Source of the DNA: Geosiphon pyriformis uo1
Taxonomy: Eukaryota > Fungi > Glomeromycota
NCBI GenBank assembly: GCA_016748015.1
Contig: JAAOMT010000375.1
Coordinates: 64,946 to 128,945, forward strand
DNA: 64,000 nt
Reading direction: 5' to 3'
Position numbers and translations under genes: made by a program. Positions 23,750-35,983 of the stretch are shown here, one piece after another. The notes under the pieces are model-generated. The model had not been told where the DNA came from. It worked only from the letters and a program-made list of their open reading frames with translations, and did no database searches. The number at the start of each line of letters is the position of its first letter. Within the stretch, counting starts at the first letter, position 1.

Positions 23750-25932
23750 GTATCTTTTCTTTAGTATCTTACAAAATTTTAACCAAAAAAGTTCTCTTTA
23801 TTGTAAAAACAATTAGATAAAATGTCTTAAAAACTTTTTTTTAGTTAGTAATAACAAAAAACTGCTTTTGGAGATTATTATATTATTATTTTTTCTTTAA
23901 TTGGTTCTTTATTGGTCAAAGTTCTCTTAAAAAAACATACTTAAGTAATTTCAGTATTGTCTTACTTTTTTTAAAAGCCCAAAAGTATTTAACAACAAAC
24001 TAATCAAAAAGCTGGTTTTTTATTATAGTTTTTATATTTGGTATTATTAGCACCACTTTTTCAAAATATAGTCAAAAAGACCAATGATTCAAAAAAATAA
24101 AAGCAGTTATTTGTTTTTGTTATTATTATACCAAACTTTTTTGTGATTTTTAATAAGATTTTAAATAAAGTTTTTGTTATATTATTTGATCTGTCATTTA
24201 AAATAGACCAAAATTGATTACTGGCTGTATTGTCAAATAGAGTGTTTTCTGATAAATTTTTGCTGGTTTTAAAAGCAAAACAATCTGTTTTTATTAAATT
24301 ATTTGTTCTTAAAAACTGAACTGATTAAATAGAAACTGAATCAAATTTTTTACTGGTTTTTAGTGCTATTGCTGGTAATGCTTAAAAAATTATTATTAAT
24401 TATTAAAAATTTGCTAAGTAAATGATCTCTATTTTAATGCTTAATACTACTTTTAAGATTAAATTGGCTTATATTAAGGCTGTTATAATCTGTGCATGGT
24501 TTTTTGGATGTAAAATCAATATTAAAAAATAATATAAAGCTTTTTTATATAAAGTTTGCTTCTTAAAAGTTTTTAAAAACTGTATTTCTAATTAAACTTA
24601 CAAGTTTTGTTTACTAAATCACTTTCAAAATTGTTAAATTTTTGGTAATTTCTGAGTTTAATTTTTTTTTTGCTATTGTTGTACTGTATAATGTGTCTTT
24701 GGATATATTTGCTGCTAATATTAAGACAGTATTTAGTGTTTTTGGTAAAATTGTCTATGTTGTATTGAAGTTTATTGGTGTTTAACAATATATTGTTATT
24801 TATTTTAAAAAGCTAGATACTATTGTATTTGCTTTGAATTATTGGTTAATGTTAATAAACAAGAATAATATTATAATTTTTTTTTTAATAAATCAAAATA
24901 AGATTATTTTGTTTTATAATAAGTTTAAAGCCAAGTTGGTTAATTATTTTTTTAATTGTACTGTTTTTAAGATTGGTAATTGAATGTGTTTTATTTTTTA
25001 CTTTTTTAATTTTGGTTATTATTTCAGTTTGCTCTGATTATATTTGAATCTTAAGCTAATTTAGACACTATATTAATTAAAACTAATATATTAAAAAGAT
25101 ATTATATTTGTTAGAAAACTTTTAGTTGTTAATATTATTTTAGATATCAAAAAATAGATCATTTAATTGTAGATTATAAGATGTTTTTATCTTTTTTTTT
25201 TAATGTTTCTAAAATATTTGTATTCTATTTTATAAATGCTAAGTTTTATGTTAAGGTTTTTGCTTCTATAAACATTTTTGATTTTTTTCTTTTGATAGTA
25301 CTTGCTTCTTTTTTTATAATTATTGGTAATTCTTTGGTCTTTTCTTGGTTGGCTTTTTTAGAGTCTAATTTGGCCAAATTAATTACTTTGGTTGAATCTA
25401 TTGTTGGGCTTTTTGGTTTTTTGATAATTGTGTTTAAACAATTTATTAAAAATAATCTTGTTTTGAGCAGTATTTTTAGCCTTAGAGTTAATAAGCTTGT
25501 AGTATATCTAAATGTTTTTAGCAAAATTGTTAATAAATTGAAGAGAAAAGTAGTGTTATTAAAGAAAAAATATTATATAAATAATATTAACATAGTTGGT
25601 AATTCTGTAAATTAAGTTATAAAATATTTTTAAATTTAAAGTTACTTTGAATTTATGAATTTATTAAAATTAAGACTAATTTCTTGAAAACAGTTAAATA
25701 ACTAATTAAATTAGTTTTTTGTAGTGTTATTTATTTGAAACAGTTCAAAAAATGTTTTTTTTGATAAATTTTTTTTTATTGTATTAGTATAGTATAGTTT
25801 AAACTGGCTTAAATAGTTGATTACATATAAAAAGTACATAAACTTTATTTAATATTAAAATATTTAATTTGTTTTTAATTTTTAGATAGTAGTTGGGCCA
25901 TATTTGTTAAATATCTAATAAAAAAAATAAAA
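23750..25932 (+). mobile_element. Non-autonomous ORF1-only LINE derivative (HAL1-like), degenerate
   Basis: ORF1-homologous RRM region at about 24680-24860 (VVLYNVSLDIFAANIKTVFSVFG..GV*QYIVIYF versus VVIKKIPVEILAEAVHTALSEF..GL*QKAVVKF). CCHC remnant YFRYQKIDHLIVDY at 25136-25177. A stop at 25790 is followed directly by the LINE 3' module and an A-tail. No ORF2 sequence. Confidence 0.75.
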
Positions 25933-26004
25933 ATATTATTTATATAATTATTAAAAAAATTTAATAATTAGATAATAATTAATTAATTAAGTTAATATTT
26001 AGAT

Positions 26005-26690
26005 TTTTTTTTATTAAAGTTTTACAAGTACAGCTCAATTACTATCTAAGTACATAAAATCAAACAAGATCTTAAATTAAGTATGATTCATGTTTTTTCT
26101 ATACATGACTAGTTACTTAGACCAATTAAGATAACACTATATACTTAAACTAACCACTACAAAAAAATTATACAAAAAACCAAAAGCATACTTGCCAAAC
26201 TAAGATACAAATCAAAACAAACATGAATGTTTAACTTGATACCAAACTCACAAATCATCTTATAAGACTACAAGGATATCAAACCAGAAATGATTAGAAT
26301 CACAAATTTATTTTTTGACAAGAAATTCTGTTTCTCATAATGTACTCTCAATTTGGCAGTCAACATTCAGATAACAGATCTATAATCTTTGGCAAAACTT
26401 CAGATTAAATTGACAATCATCAAACTTCTATTAGACTCAAAACTCAACAAACTTACTATGTTAGACACTTACTCTTTCAACACAAAATTTTTGGCCAAAG
26501 CTATATATAGGCAATCAAAAAATTCAGCCTTATAATAACTAAATTACTGTGCAACCAGTATTACTAATGCCCAACAAGTCAGTCCAAGCCTTAATTGTAT
26601 CAAAAATTAATTTTTTCTTGGCATTAGCATCTTATATACACAAAAATATGTAATCAAAATCTTCAATCAAACTGATTTAGATTAATAATT
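26005..26690 (-). mobile_element. 5'-truncated LINE of a divergent subfamily (ORF2 C-terminus plus 3' UTR)
   Basis: 3' module at 26010-26140 matches 50690-50818. Upstream translation LAKDYRSVI*MLTAKLRVHYEKQNFL..SGL parallels the ORF2 C-terminus LAFHDNIWLVCAKHQVIMEKNKL..SGF. Confidence 0.75.
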
Positions 26691-26749
26691 ATTATTTAAA
26701 AATAAAATATTTAATATATGTAATAATTAATAAAAACTATAACTTTTAA

Positions 26750-27400
26750 TTATAACAATATAAATAAATATTTTAAAAATTTTAATTATTGTTAAAAAAC
26801 TGAAATTTTTATACAAAAATTTGGTTTTTTAAATTTAAACTTATTTTATCCTAAATACATATTTTATTAACAAAAAACTTTACCAAATTAATTAATTTTA
26901 AATTAGATAATATATTATTAAAGCTTAATATTTTTGGAAAAAATAATATAATTATTTTATTTTAGATAATAATTATAAAAGTACTGTTTTTTTAATTAAA
27001 AATATCTTATTTTTTATTTATTTATTTATTTTATCTTTAAGTATCTAATATTGTTTGTAATATAAATTACTTATTGGTTTTTAAATATTTTTTTATTTGT
27101 ATTATTAAAATTAACTGAAAAAACTATTTGTTTTTTTTTGTAATTTATCAAATAAAAACAATTAAAAAATACAACAATATTTGTTATTAATTTTAAAAAT
27201 TGCCAAAACATAAAATAATAACAGCAGTATTATCTTATTAATAATTATAAACTAAATTTTATCTTCAGATTTTTATTATTATTTTCAATAGGTATTTTTC
27301 TTTGCTATTTGTTAACTTGTTATCCAATTTATAATATTACTGCTTTTTAAATATTAAAGCCTGGGTAAATTGAAAAAGAAATATTATTAAATAATAGCAG
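26750..27400 (+). mobile_element. Eroded fragment of Gypsy family 2 (3' internal region plus LTR part)
   Basis: 26770-26900 is the reverse complement of about 39980-40130 (aaatttttatacaaaaatttggttt). 27090-27275 is the reverse complement of LTR segment 38640-38835. Confidence 0.7.
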
Positions 27401-27956
27401 AATTTCCAAGTAAATTAAACAATCTGTTTTAAATAAAAATTAAAATATTAAGTTTAACATTAAAACTTATTACAATTAATTTAATGTTTAGTAAATATGT
27501 AATATAAATTGTGCAAAAATGAAAATTTTCAACATTATAATGCGAAACACTCACAATAAGTTCGAAAATCCCAAAAAGAAACTCACGGGTCTTTGATCAT
27601 TCTCAATGGTTACTTGGGTAAGTATAAAAGACGAGAAAAAAGGCAAAAATTGACAAGCTGAAATAGTTTCTCAGTGTTATTCTATATATAGATATGGTTT
27701 GATCATCTATAAGTTTTTAAAAACATAACAGGATACCTATTTTTTGATATTATACTACAAGGATTTATTCTCTGCATCTTATTTGTGAACTAACGAAAAT
27801 TACAAATTTACAAAATGAACAATAATTAATCAAATTAGCAGTCATCATTGAAAGGTTACTCAGTGGTAAATAGATGAATTTATATGGTGGGAATTACAGA
27901 AGGGCGTGTTCCTACCAAGCATGGAGTAAGAGACATGGAGGAAACCCATGATTCGG

Positions 27957-30900
27957 TTAACGACCAAATAATTTGGACCATTCCGGTGGGATTCTCCAAC
28001 CATGTTGATTAGCAACTCGTATGTACGCATCCATGGCCTCCTATAATATTGAAAATCGTTCATTTTAGTGGATGGTCAATGTTCGATAATTCAATAACGA
28101 TTGTGTTATTCTTACGCTGGGATCATATTCACTATTCCAAAAACGCGAGTCAAGTCTTGCGGGATTGGGGTCCAAAGAGCACAAAGCCATTTTAACCTAG
28201 AAAAATAACCAAATTAGCGGATGAACCATTGGAGCAAAACAGAGGTCACGCCTGTTTTGTTCATCACCTGCAGTAATACAGCTTCCATGTTATATACCGA
28301 TGACCAACCGTTTTCAGTGGAACTTCCCAGTGTAAGAAGATCCATGCATATAGAGCCACCAGCGGTCACCTTAAAGATGGTGCAAAAACTTAGGAAACCT
28401 GTTCGAACAAAAAAAACGGTTTACCCTGTCATTTGACTTACGTGTCCACCACCACCTTCCATGAATCTCAATAGTCTGGGACGAATTACACGAATGTACC
28501 TTGATCAGACAAGTAATTTCAAAAGTCGAATTAGTTTGTTAATTTTCCACTTTAAAACATTATGTCAAAAATACTTACGGAGGATGATATGGATATTCCG
28601 GGGAAAATCGGACTTCCATATCGATACTTTTAACTTTGTACTTTTTCATATCTTGTGCTAAAGGCAATGAGGGATCAAAGTCTTTCATTTGTACCACCTA
28701 TTAGAGAAATAAGCTTGTAAATTGACGAATATAATTCTAAGCAAACACTTCATTCTTCTTTACCCATTGATACATAGACTTCAGTTTATCCGTATTCACG
28801 GAAAATGCGAGATCATTCGAAGGGTTGGTTTGTTTCCTTACAATTTGACACAATTCCTGGGAAATACGGTGCGTAGCAGTCTTTGATGAGGCGTCTAGTA
28901 TATTAAAACAAGAGAATGATTAAATAGATCATTCTCAAATATCAAAATATAAATCATGATTACTTGCCTGGAGCTGGTAATAAATTCGGATCGAAACCTT
29001 GGCCTAACGTTTATTAAAGATTAAAATACCGAGAAGCTTCAGCCAAAATTGAAAAATAAAAAAACTGTGAAAACCTACCGTCATTGAAGTCAGGTTCATC
29101 CTCAGGTTTCTTTGGCTCACTTGGTGGAAAACCGAAAGCATCATCGTCATCAATTAAATAATCTTCAGAATAGTCATCATCCTGTTCATCATCCATTTCC
29201 TCCTCATCTTCATCCTCGCCATCACTATCTTGATCAGCCCTTCCCTTTCCCTTTCCCTTATATTGATGACCAATTTCTATTTCATCCTCATCCTCATCCT
29301 CGTCGTCCGCCGCTTCATCTAAAATTTCATCATCTAATATAGATCTGTTTGCAGAGAAGTCACGACCTACTACTAATGAACTTTTACTATGATGGGAAAA
29401 TTGATAATTGAATGGTTCAACTTTCACCGAACTTTCCTGTGGAGCCTCATTTGCAATTATTAAAAAATCTCGTTTAGGTATTTGTAAAGGGCTGTTGTTC
29501 AGCCAAACAGGAGTGTATGCAGGGTCCAACTTTATGAATTCTGGAGTCCTTCCTCGACTTGAACTTTGCCTTCGAATGAATGGATTCATGGCAGGGGATT
29601 TTGCGTTATTACGCACAGGAATAGGTTGAGCATATTGGAGGCTGGGTACAAAACCCGGAGACCATTCGTCTTCATACGAATCACTCACAGGGTCTGTTGG
29701 GTTTCGGAGACACTCCACAAAAAGGTATCGTGTTGTAATCCATGATTCGTCAGAAACCACAAGATAAGGGTTGGTACTGCATATAATGATGATTTCAGAA
29801 GGCACCAAACCAAAAACAATATTGTGTTACAAAAATTATTTACAAATACCTTATAAATCGTGAAGGCCTATTTACAATTTCACTTAAAGCCATGCATTTT
29901 GTGACTACCAACATTGAATTTTTCCACACACCAGTGTCTTTTCTAGGATAGGCAGCTCCTGCATAAGTAGCAGATGTTCCGGCTTGGAGTGAATGATAAA
30001 CGCCATCACCAAAAGCCCGCCCGTGAACAATTTTTTTCCAATTAAGACATGTTCTTCGATTAGAAGAAACCATTTGAGCCCATTAAATGAAAAGCAGTTA
30101 ATAATCAAAATACCGAATAAAGTATGAAAAATAAATTATAGATGTCGACAACTACCGAATGATCGAGTGCCAATTACCGAGTGGTGAGCCATGAAAGGCG
30201 TACAATTCCCCCAAAGCTAATGCGAACAACAAAAGGTTCAGGAAAGGAAAGGGAATGATAATGTTCTAAATTTCAAAATCAAGTGACCAATTTTACATGA
30301 TAATCCTCTTACGTTGACCCATCCGTTCTATTCTAAGCTCCTCTTTTGCTTTCTGGAAGTTCGATTCCTTATCTGGGGAACTCATAATCATGACAAATTG
30401 TCTCCAATTTCCATAACTAGATTCCTCATTGAATTGGACCTTTTCTTCTTCAGATTCTAACAATCGTAAATGCGTACGGTTCGAGGAGATAATCCATGAC
30501 AAGAGTGGGAAACAAAGTGGATCGAGCTTATCAAGCTCAGCCTTGAGTATCTTCTTCTGAGCGTACTGTACCATTGCCGACACACTCGGCAACCTGTTAA
30601 TGACGGCTTGGATGAGTAAATAATTTACGTGATCATCATTACCTAAAAAATTACACTCTGTACGACGGCATAATCGGAAAGGCAAATAAACCGGTCTGCT
30701 AGGAACAGCCGAAACCGGGAATATTATTGGGAAATCAGTTATTAGATAAGCAGTAGTGACTTCTAGGACTCGTACAGAGGTAGTTTGATTGCATCTGTTT
30801 ACAGTGAATGATTGTCCTGTTTCAGGATTATAAACCTCCAGCATATCATTTACTTTCACTAAATCTTCAAAAGGCTTCCAGCCATAAACCTCGTATCCGG

Positions 30901-32822
30901 ACTTCTGGGAAGCCACCCCTATGGTCCCATGTGTATCGCTCCAGTCAACTACAAGTGAATTATTACCCTCATGCTTCGCGGTAGTAGTCACACCAATAGC
31001 TCTGGATGGATATGGGCTTAAGTTTTTTGACTGAATTGCCACGTAGCACAATGATATTAACAAGTCAACCACAACAGGACTGCTGACCAAAACGGCTTCG
31101 AACAAGTTGCCTAATCCAACCTGTGCTTGATGTTCACATAAGGCGGCATTACAGACAAAGGGCCGAATCGAGGAAATAGCTCCATCGTGAGGGTAATGGC
31201 AGGTCAAGCAATATTTGGTCGAGAGCAAAATTCTACGACGAAGAAAACGTAATAAAACCAGCAGAAAGTTATGGTTTTTGGAGGCACTAGAAATCTCGTT
31301 CTTCTCAGCTTCAAGGTAACATAATTGTCCATGTTGCACCTTATCTTGAAGGATACACTTTTCAATTTGACTTTGAAATGCTGGATTCTCACCGTTGAGA
31401 AAATTGGGCTCCTTCTCCTTGTGTCTTTTAAGATCGGCAAACTCAGCACCATCCCAGCCAATACCAAACCACATGTAATCACATAACATGTCAAAAAATT
31501 TGCTGCGCAGAAGTTCTGTTAAAGTCCAGGAGAGCACAAAATGATCACTCTCTAGAAAATCGTCTTTGTGATGAGCATGACTCGGCACACCTCTTGGTAA
31601 TGCTGAGGTCAAAATGGTGTATTCAATTGGAAACTGTTTTTTCAACCATTCCTTCACTGCTGCGCAACCACCCTTTATCATTAAATCTGATTTTTTTTGG
31701 CAAGCTTGTGCAACAACTCCTTCCAAATCGATGTAACTCGGTGAAAATTGTATGGTGCACACGAGATAGCTAATTTTAATTAAAAGGAAAATGAGAATGG
31801 GAAATTCCCGCGCTAAAAGGTATAGAGAATCCTCACCGATTAGGATCAAGATTCCAAGCTTCGCAAGCCTCGAAACTCAGGCCAAGCCGACTGACTGGCA
31901 TTGATACAGACACTTTGTATCCAATCTCATCTGCACAAAGAAGTTCTCCGTGGTATCTTGATATGTTCACAGAATGAACGATTAGAAACAGAATCAATAA
32001 TCCTAAGAAAAGCGAGGACAAGATCGAGGTGTGTCTAGACCCTTACTTCCAATGCTTTATTTCGAGCAGATCCCTTTCGAGCAACATGCTGGGGGTTTTT
32101 ACAATTGGATTTTCGGGAGCAATAATTTTCAATAACGCATTAGTTGTCGATCCGCCATGTTCCCTTAATGCATTTGCATTAAGGTCCTTGGGTATTTGAA
32201 TCCGAAAATGGTTACATAACATGTGGATAATTGTTGCCATAATTTCGCCGACCGTTTGGTTGGCAATGTTTGCTTTCTCGAGAAGTTTGGCGGCTAAGAA
32301 GCAATAGAAAAGCTAGAATCAGGAAAGGGATAATTCAAAGCGGTCTTTTAGAAAGGTGGGTAACATACCTGAATTTGTTTCATTATCCACTGAGCCGTCA
32401 ACACATACAAACCCACTGAATTTCGATGGATAGGATCGTAAGGAGGTGTCTGTTCAGAATTTGAGATAATTGCGAGAAAGCATTAACAAAATATAGGAAA
32501 AGGTAACGGGTGATTTGCGATGGTAAAAAAAATGATGATGGTTGTAAAATTCTTCATACCATTGACAAATATTTGCACGGTGAAGGCCTTACGTGATTTA
32601 TAAGTAAAACGGAAGCTAAGCTCAGGATCTTGAAAATCAAAGCCTTGCAATTTCAAAAACATTAGAGCGAAAAGATTATTAAGATGAATCCATTAGTCAG
32701 AAAAGCGAAGAATCGAAAACTACACAAGGGTTACCTTTTACCAAAGCAGTGCTCTTCGCACTCAACCTACTGAAATATTCCTTTAATTTTTTGACATCTT
32801 GCACAAAATCCTTTCGACCCAT
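27957..32822 (-). CDS. Multi-exon gene: PARP6/8-like mono-ADP-ribosyltransferase fused to a C-terminal UBE2Q-like ubiquitin-conjugating (E2) domain
   Basis: ATG 32822 (MGRKDFVQDV), about 16 exons with GT-AG introns. C4 motif CLTCH..PFVC..LC; VVDLLISLC; PLLSWIISSNRTHL; PARP motifs AFHGSPLGNWHSIIR (about 30160-30205), HGRAFGDGVY, PYLVV..TRYLFV; acidic linker; E2 motifs ATHRISQEL, MYQW, YPYHPP/YIRVIRP, GGSICMDLL (Cys 28346-28348), GWSSVYNMEAVLLQ. Ends EAMDAYIRVANQHGWRIPPEWSKLFGR* at 27957. Confidence 0.9.
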
Positions 32823-34006
32823 GGTAGGGTTGGGCGTTAACTTGTACGCGTTTATTCAACCACTGAGACTATTGGGAGATTAAAAGAAAAGCGAGTAATA
32901 GGTTAAAAACTGAGAAGAATAGTAAAACGAGCGTTTATAGTTTGTCGACAAATTCGTTCTGGCCGTATAATTAAATGATTCTAAAAGGTCTCGTGTAACT
33001 TCTCTCTGAGGTGAAATTGATAAAGAGGGCCAAAAGTGTAAAGTGGGCATAACTAAGAGAACAACTATACAACTCTTTCCACCAGTCAGCAATGGCAATT
33101 ACCACTTCAGTCGAAAATTATAGGAACTGGCAGGAATCAGTTTTGAAAGGGAAAGAATACCAACCTAACCGATGAATAAAAAAACAAAAACACCTACGTT
33201 AAAAAGGGATATGTTGAAAGAAGAGAAAGACAAGAGAGAATGAAAGTCGCGTGGATCTTTGAAAAATACAATAGGGTTTGAACCTGAGGGTAAGGTGGGT
33301 GTTTTATACTACGCAGTGGCATAGACCTTCAGACGTGAACGTCGTCTTGGTAGACAGGTGGGGGCGAGTAGGTATAAACTGGAGTCCGACAACTCCGAAA
33401 CTTTGAGGACAGCAACACCGTTATTACTGCGCATTCTTTAGGAATTTGCATTACCAAGTTTCCTATCTCAAATTGCACGTGGGATTAATGTAATTCACGT
33501 TATAATTCTATAGTGCGAATTAATCTATCAGCAAATGTTAAAGCTTACCAGTAACTATTTGGTCTGATTGGCGAAAAAATGAGAGCTTTGAGCTAACCAA
33601 GTCAGCAATCACAATTTTTATTGATATATTAGCAGCTCATTGGAACATAATTTGGAAGAGGTGTAAATGAGAAAATAAAAAATAAAAAATAATGTCGGTT
33701 CGCCTGTTGGCCACTGAGATACATTCTGTTGATTTGAGCCCTTTAATATCAATGCTCTCAACCTATATAAAGAAAATTATAAATTTTTGCCAAAGTTCCC
33801 ATCTTAAATACCAATCCGAGCCGCCCAAAGACCAACATAATCCCAATAGAATATGAAACTAAAAATATTGCAGAAAAAACTCAAAATGAAGGATGAAAAA
33901 ATGCGACTATGCAAAGAAAACACAAACTATTATGTTTACAAGAAGGCATATCCAAAAAAATTAAAAGAAAAATCAAATGCTCATAAAAGAGCCTGACATC
34001 GATGCC

Positions 34007-35983
34007 TCATTGAGCGTAGATGCCTCTCCAGTTACTTCCATCCGTGTCCATTCTTTCAAGTAATGCTTCTTTGTTCGAGATATACATTTCGTTCATTCGT
34101 TGAACGGGAATAGGTTCTAATGGATCAATTGCGACTGGGGGTAGTTGAGAGGGTACTGATGCAACGGGCGCAGTAACTACAGGAGCGGTTGCAGGGTAGG
34201 AACCATAGGTAGTAGTAGGTGCTATACCAGCCAGTGGATTGTAAGCACTTGTCTGCTGAGGAGTACTGGAACGTTTTGAACAAGTAAATGTTAGATGAAT
34301 GCGATATTCATGGTTTGGAGCATAAAATCAATGAATATCGCAAGTGAGCTTTTTCTAATTGCATCTTAACCTACCGGTAGGAAGTCGTTATCGCGGTTTT
34401 GTCATTCTGTGATCTTCCCCAGGAAAGCCTAACACGTGAATTACCTTTTTGTTTTCGAAACAAAGGAGGGGGAAATTTTTAGAGGCTTTAAAACGCCAAG
34501 CTTATTAAGATATAGTATAAATTTCAAGAATACCAATTGGATAATGCTGCATTTGATTGATTGCCATTTCTGCACTTTGTCGATGAACGAATTGAACAAA
34601 GCCGCAACCTTTACCTGGTGGGATTTTTACATAAGTGATTTCACCAAATCCTGCGAAATAACTAGTAAAAGAAAGTAGATAATTAGAAAAAGATCAAATT
34701 GAAAATCTTGAGTTAAAGAGCCAAAAAAAAATTGATATCCAACCTCCTTAAATCATCTTCACTATTGACGCCCGACAGACCGCCAACGAAAACCGTGCTG
34801 TTATTGGGATCGTTATATTGATTTAGAACAGGCGCTTGCGTAGGTTGAGGATAATAACCCGTCTGGACGCCACTGACGGCACCAACTCCACCAGTCTTGT
34901 TTTTTGGAGTGGCGGTAGAAATACGCATGGGTCTATTACCGCAGAATAAACCTTGCATCTCAATAAGGGCACGCTGTTGTTCTGCTTCGTCGGCAAAGCG
35001 AACAAAACCATAACCTGCGAAGTTTAAAAAAATGAATAAATGAATCGTTGTCGAATATTTTTTAATTTTGAAAGACATCCATGAGCATGACAAAAAGATT
35101 TTTGATCGTGCTATCCTATGTTTTTTCACCTCTCGACATGCCAGTCATTGGATCTGTCATGATCTTTGCAGATTTACAACTTTGATATCGCTGTTGAAAA
35201 GTGGTCTATAGGGAAATTCAGAAAAATAAAGGAGTCATTTCAATAAATCTCAACAGCTTATCATGTTACTTTTTAAGGATTAAGGTATTCCTACCACTAG
35301 CATCCATTCATTCACCTCGGGTCCTAAATCTCCCACAAAAATGGAAAATTCTGGACCACGATCATCCCTACTCCATGATTGGAACATTGCACGAGCAAAA
35401 ATTGAAATTAATACGCAGGGTATCATAAGGAATAATCGGGGATCATGAAAAGATAGGTTATAAGGAAATCGAGAAAGAGCTTACTTGCGATCAGTTAATC
35501 CACCCCCCGAAGCCCAGTTCAGTTTAAAAACTCTTTGGGTATTGGGAATGAGCGTACCATTTACTTGGCTAAGTGCCTTGACAGCAGCAGCATTACTGAC
35601 AAAATCGACAAAGCAATAACCAGCATTTTGTCTAATCAATTTCAAGTCGAGAAAATCAAGCAGAAGTTAGGATAAAGTAATTTTTAAAATCAAAGGAACT
35701 AGTCAATTTATTATTTTCAAAAGAACGCAGCTAACCCGGTGAACTTGTCACGAATGAACTTGACATTGACTTGTTCACCTAGCTGGTACCATACGGTCCG
35801 AATGTAATTTTCGTCCATCCAAGGTTCCAGCTCGCCCATCCTACAAAAATTTTTTAAGAGTGAAGAATGGTTTTGGGAAAAGGAACGCGGAGCGAAGTCA
35901 TACCATAGGGTGGTCTTGTTATCCATTCCGCCTCCATATGGAGAGAGTTGCTGGGAGTATTGATCATATTGCTGGTAAGCCAT
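34007..35983 (-). CDS. NAM8: Triple-RRM RNA-binding protein, NAM8/NGR1/Csx1/TRNAU1AP family (9 exons)
   Basis: Spliced translation TTLW|MGELEPWMDENY..AGYCFVDF..FKLNWASGGG..EFSIFVGDLGPEV..GYGFVRF..RPMRISTATPK..DPNNSTVFVGGL..VKIPPGKGCGFVQF..VRLSWGRS. Stop TGA at 34007-34009. NAM8 versus NGR1 orthology is not resolved. Confidence 0.9.

Noticed and set aside
32880-33098. 72-aa ORF upstream of the PARP-E2 gene as a gene or functional uORF
   Set aside because: Non-ATG start and no recognisable features. It cannot be supported.
33290-33430. GC-richer intergenic stretch as a tRNA or riboswitch
   Set aside because: No cloverleaf, A/B boxes or TPP-aptamer consensus found. Probably 5' leader or promoter.
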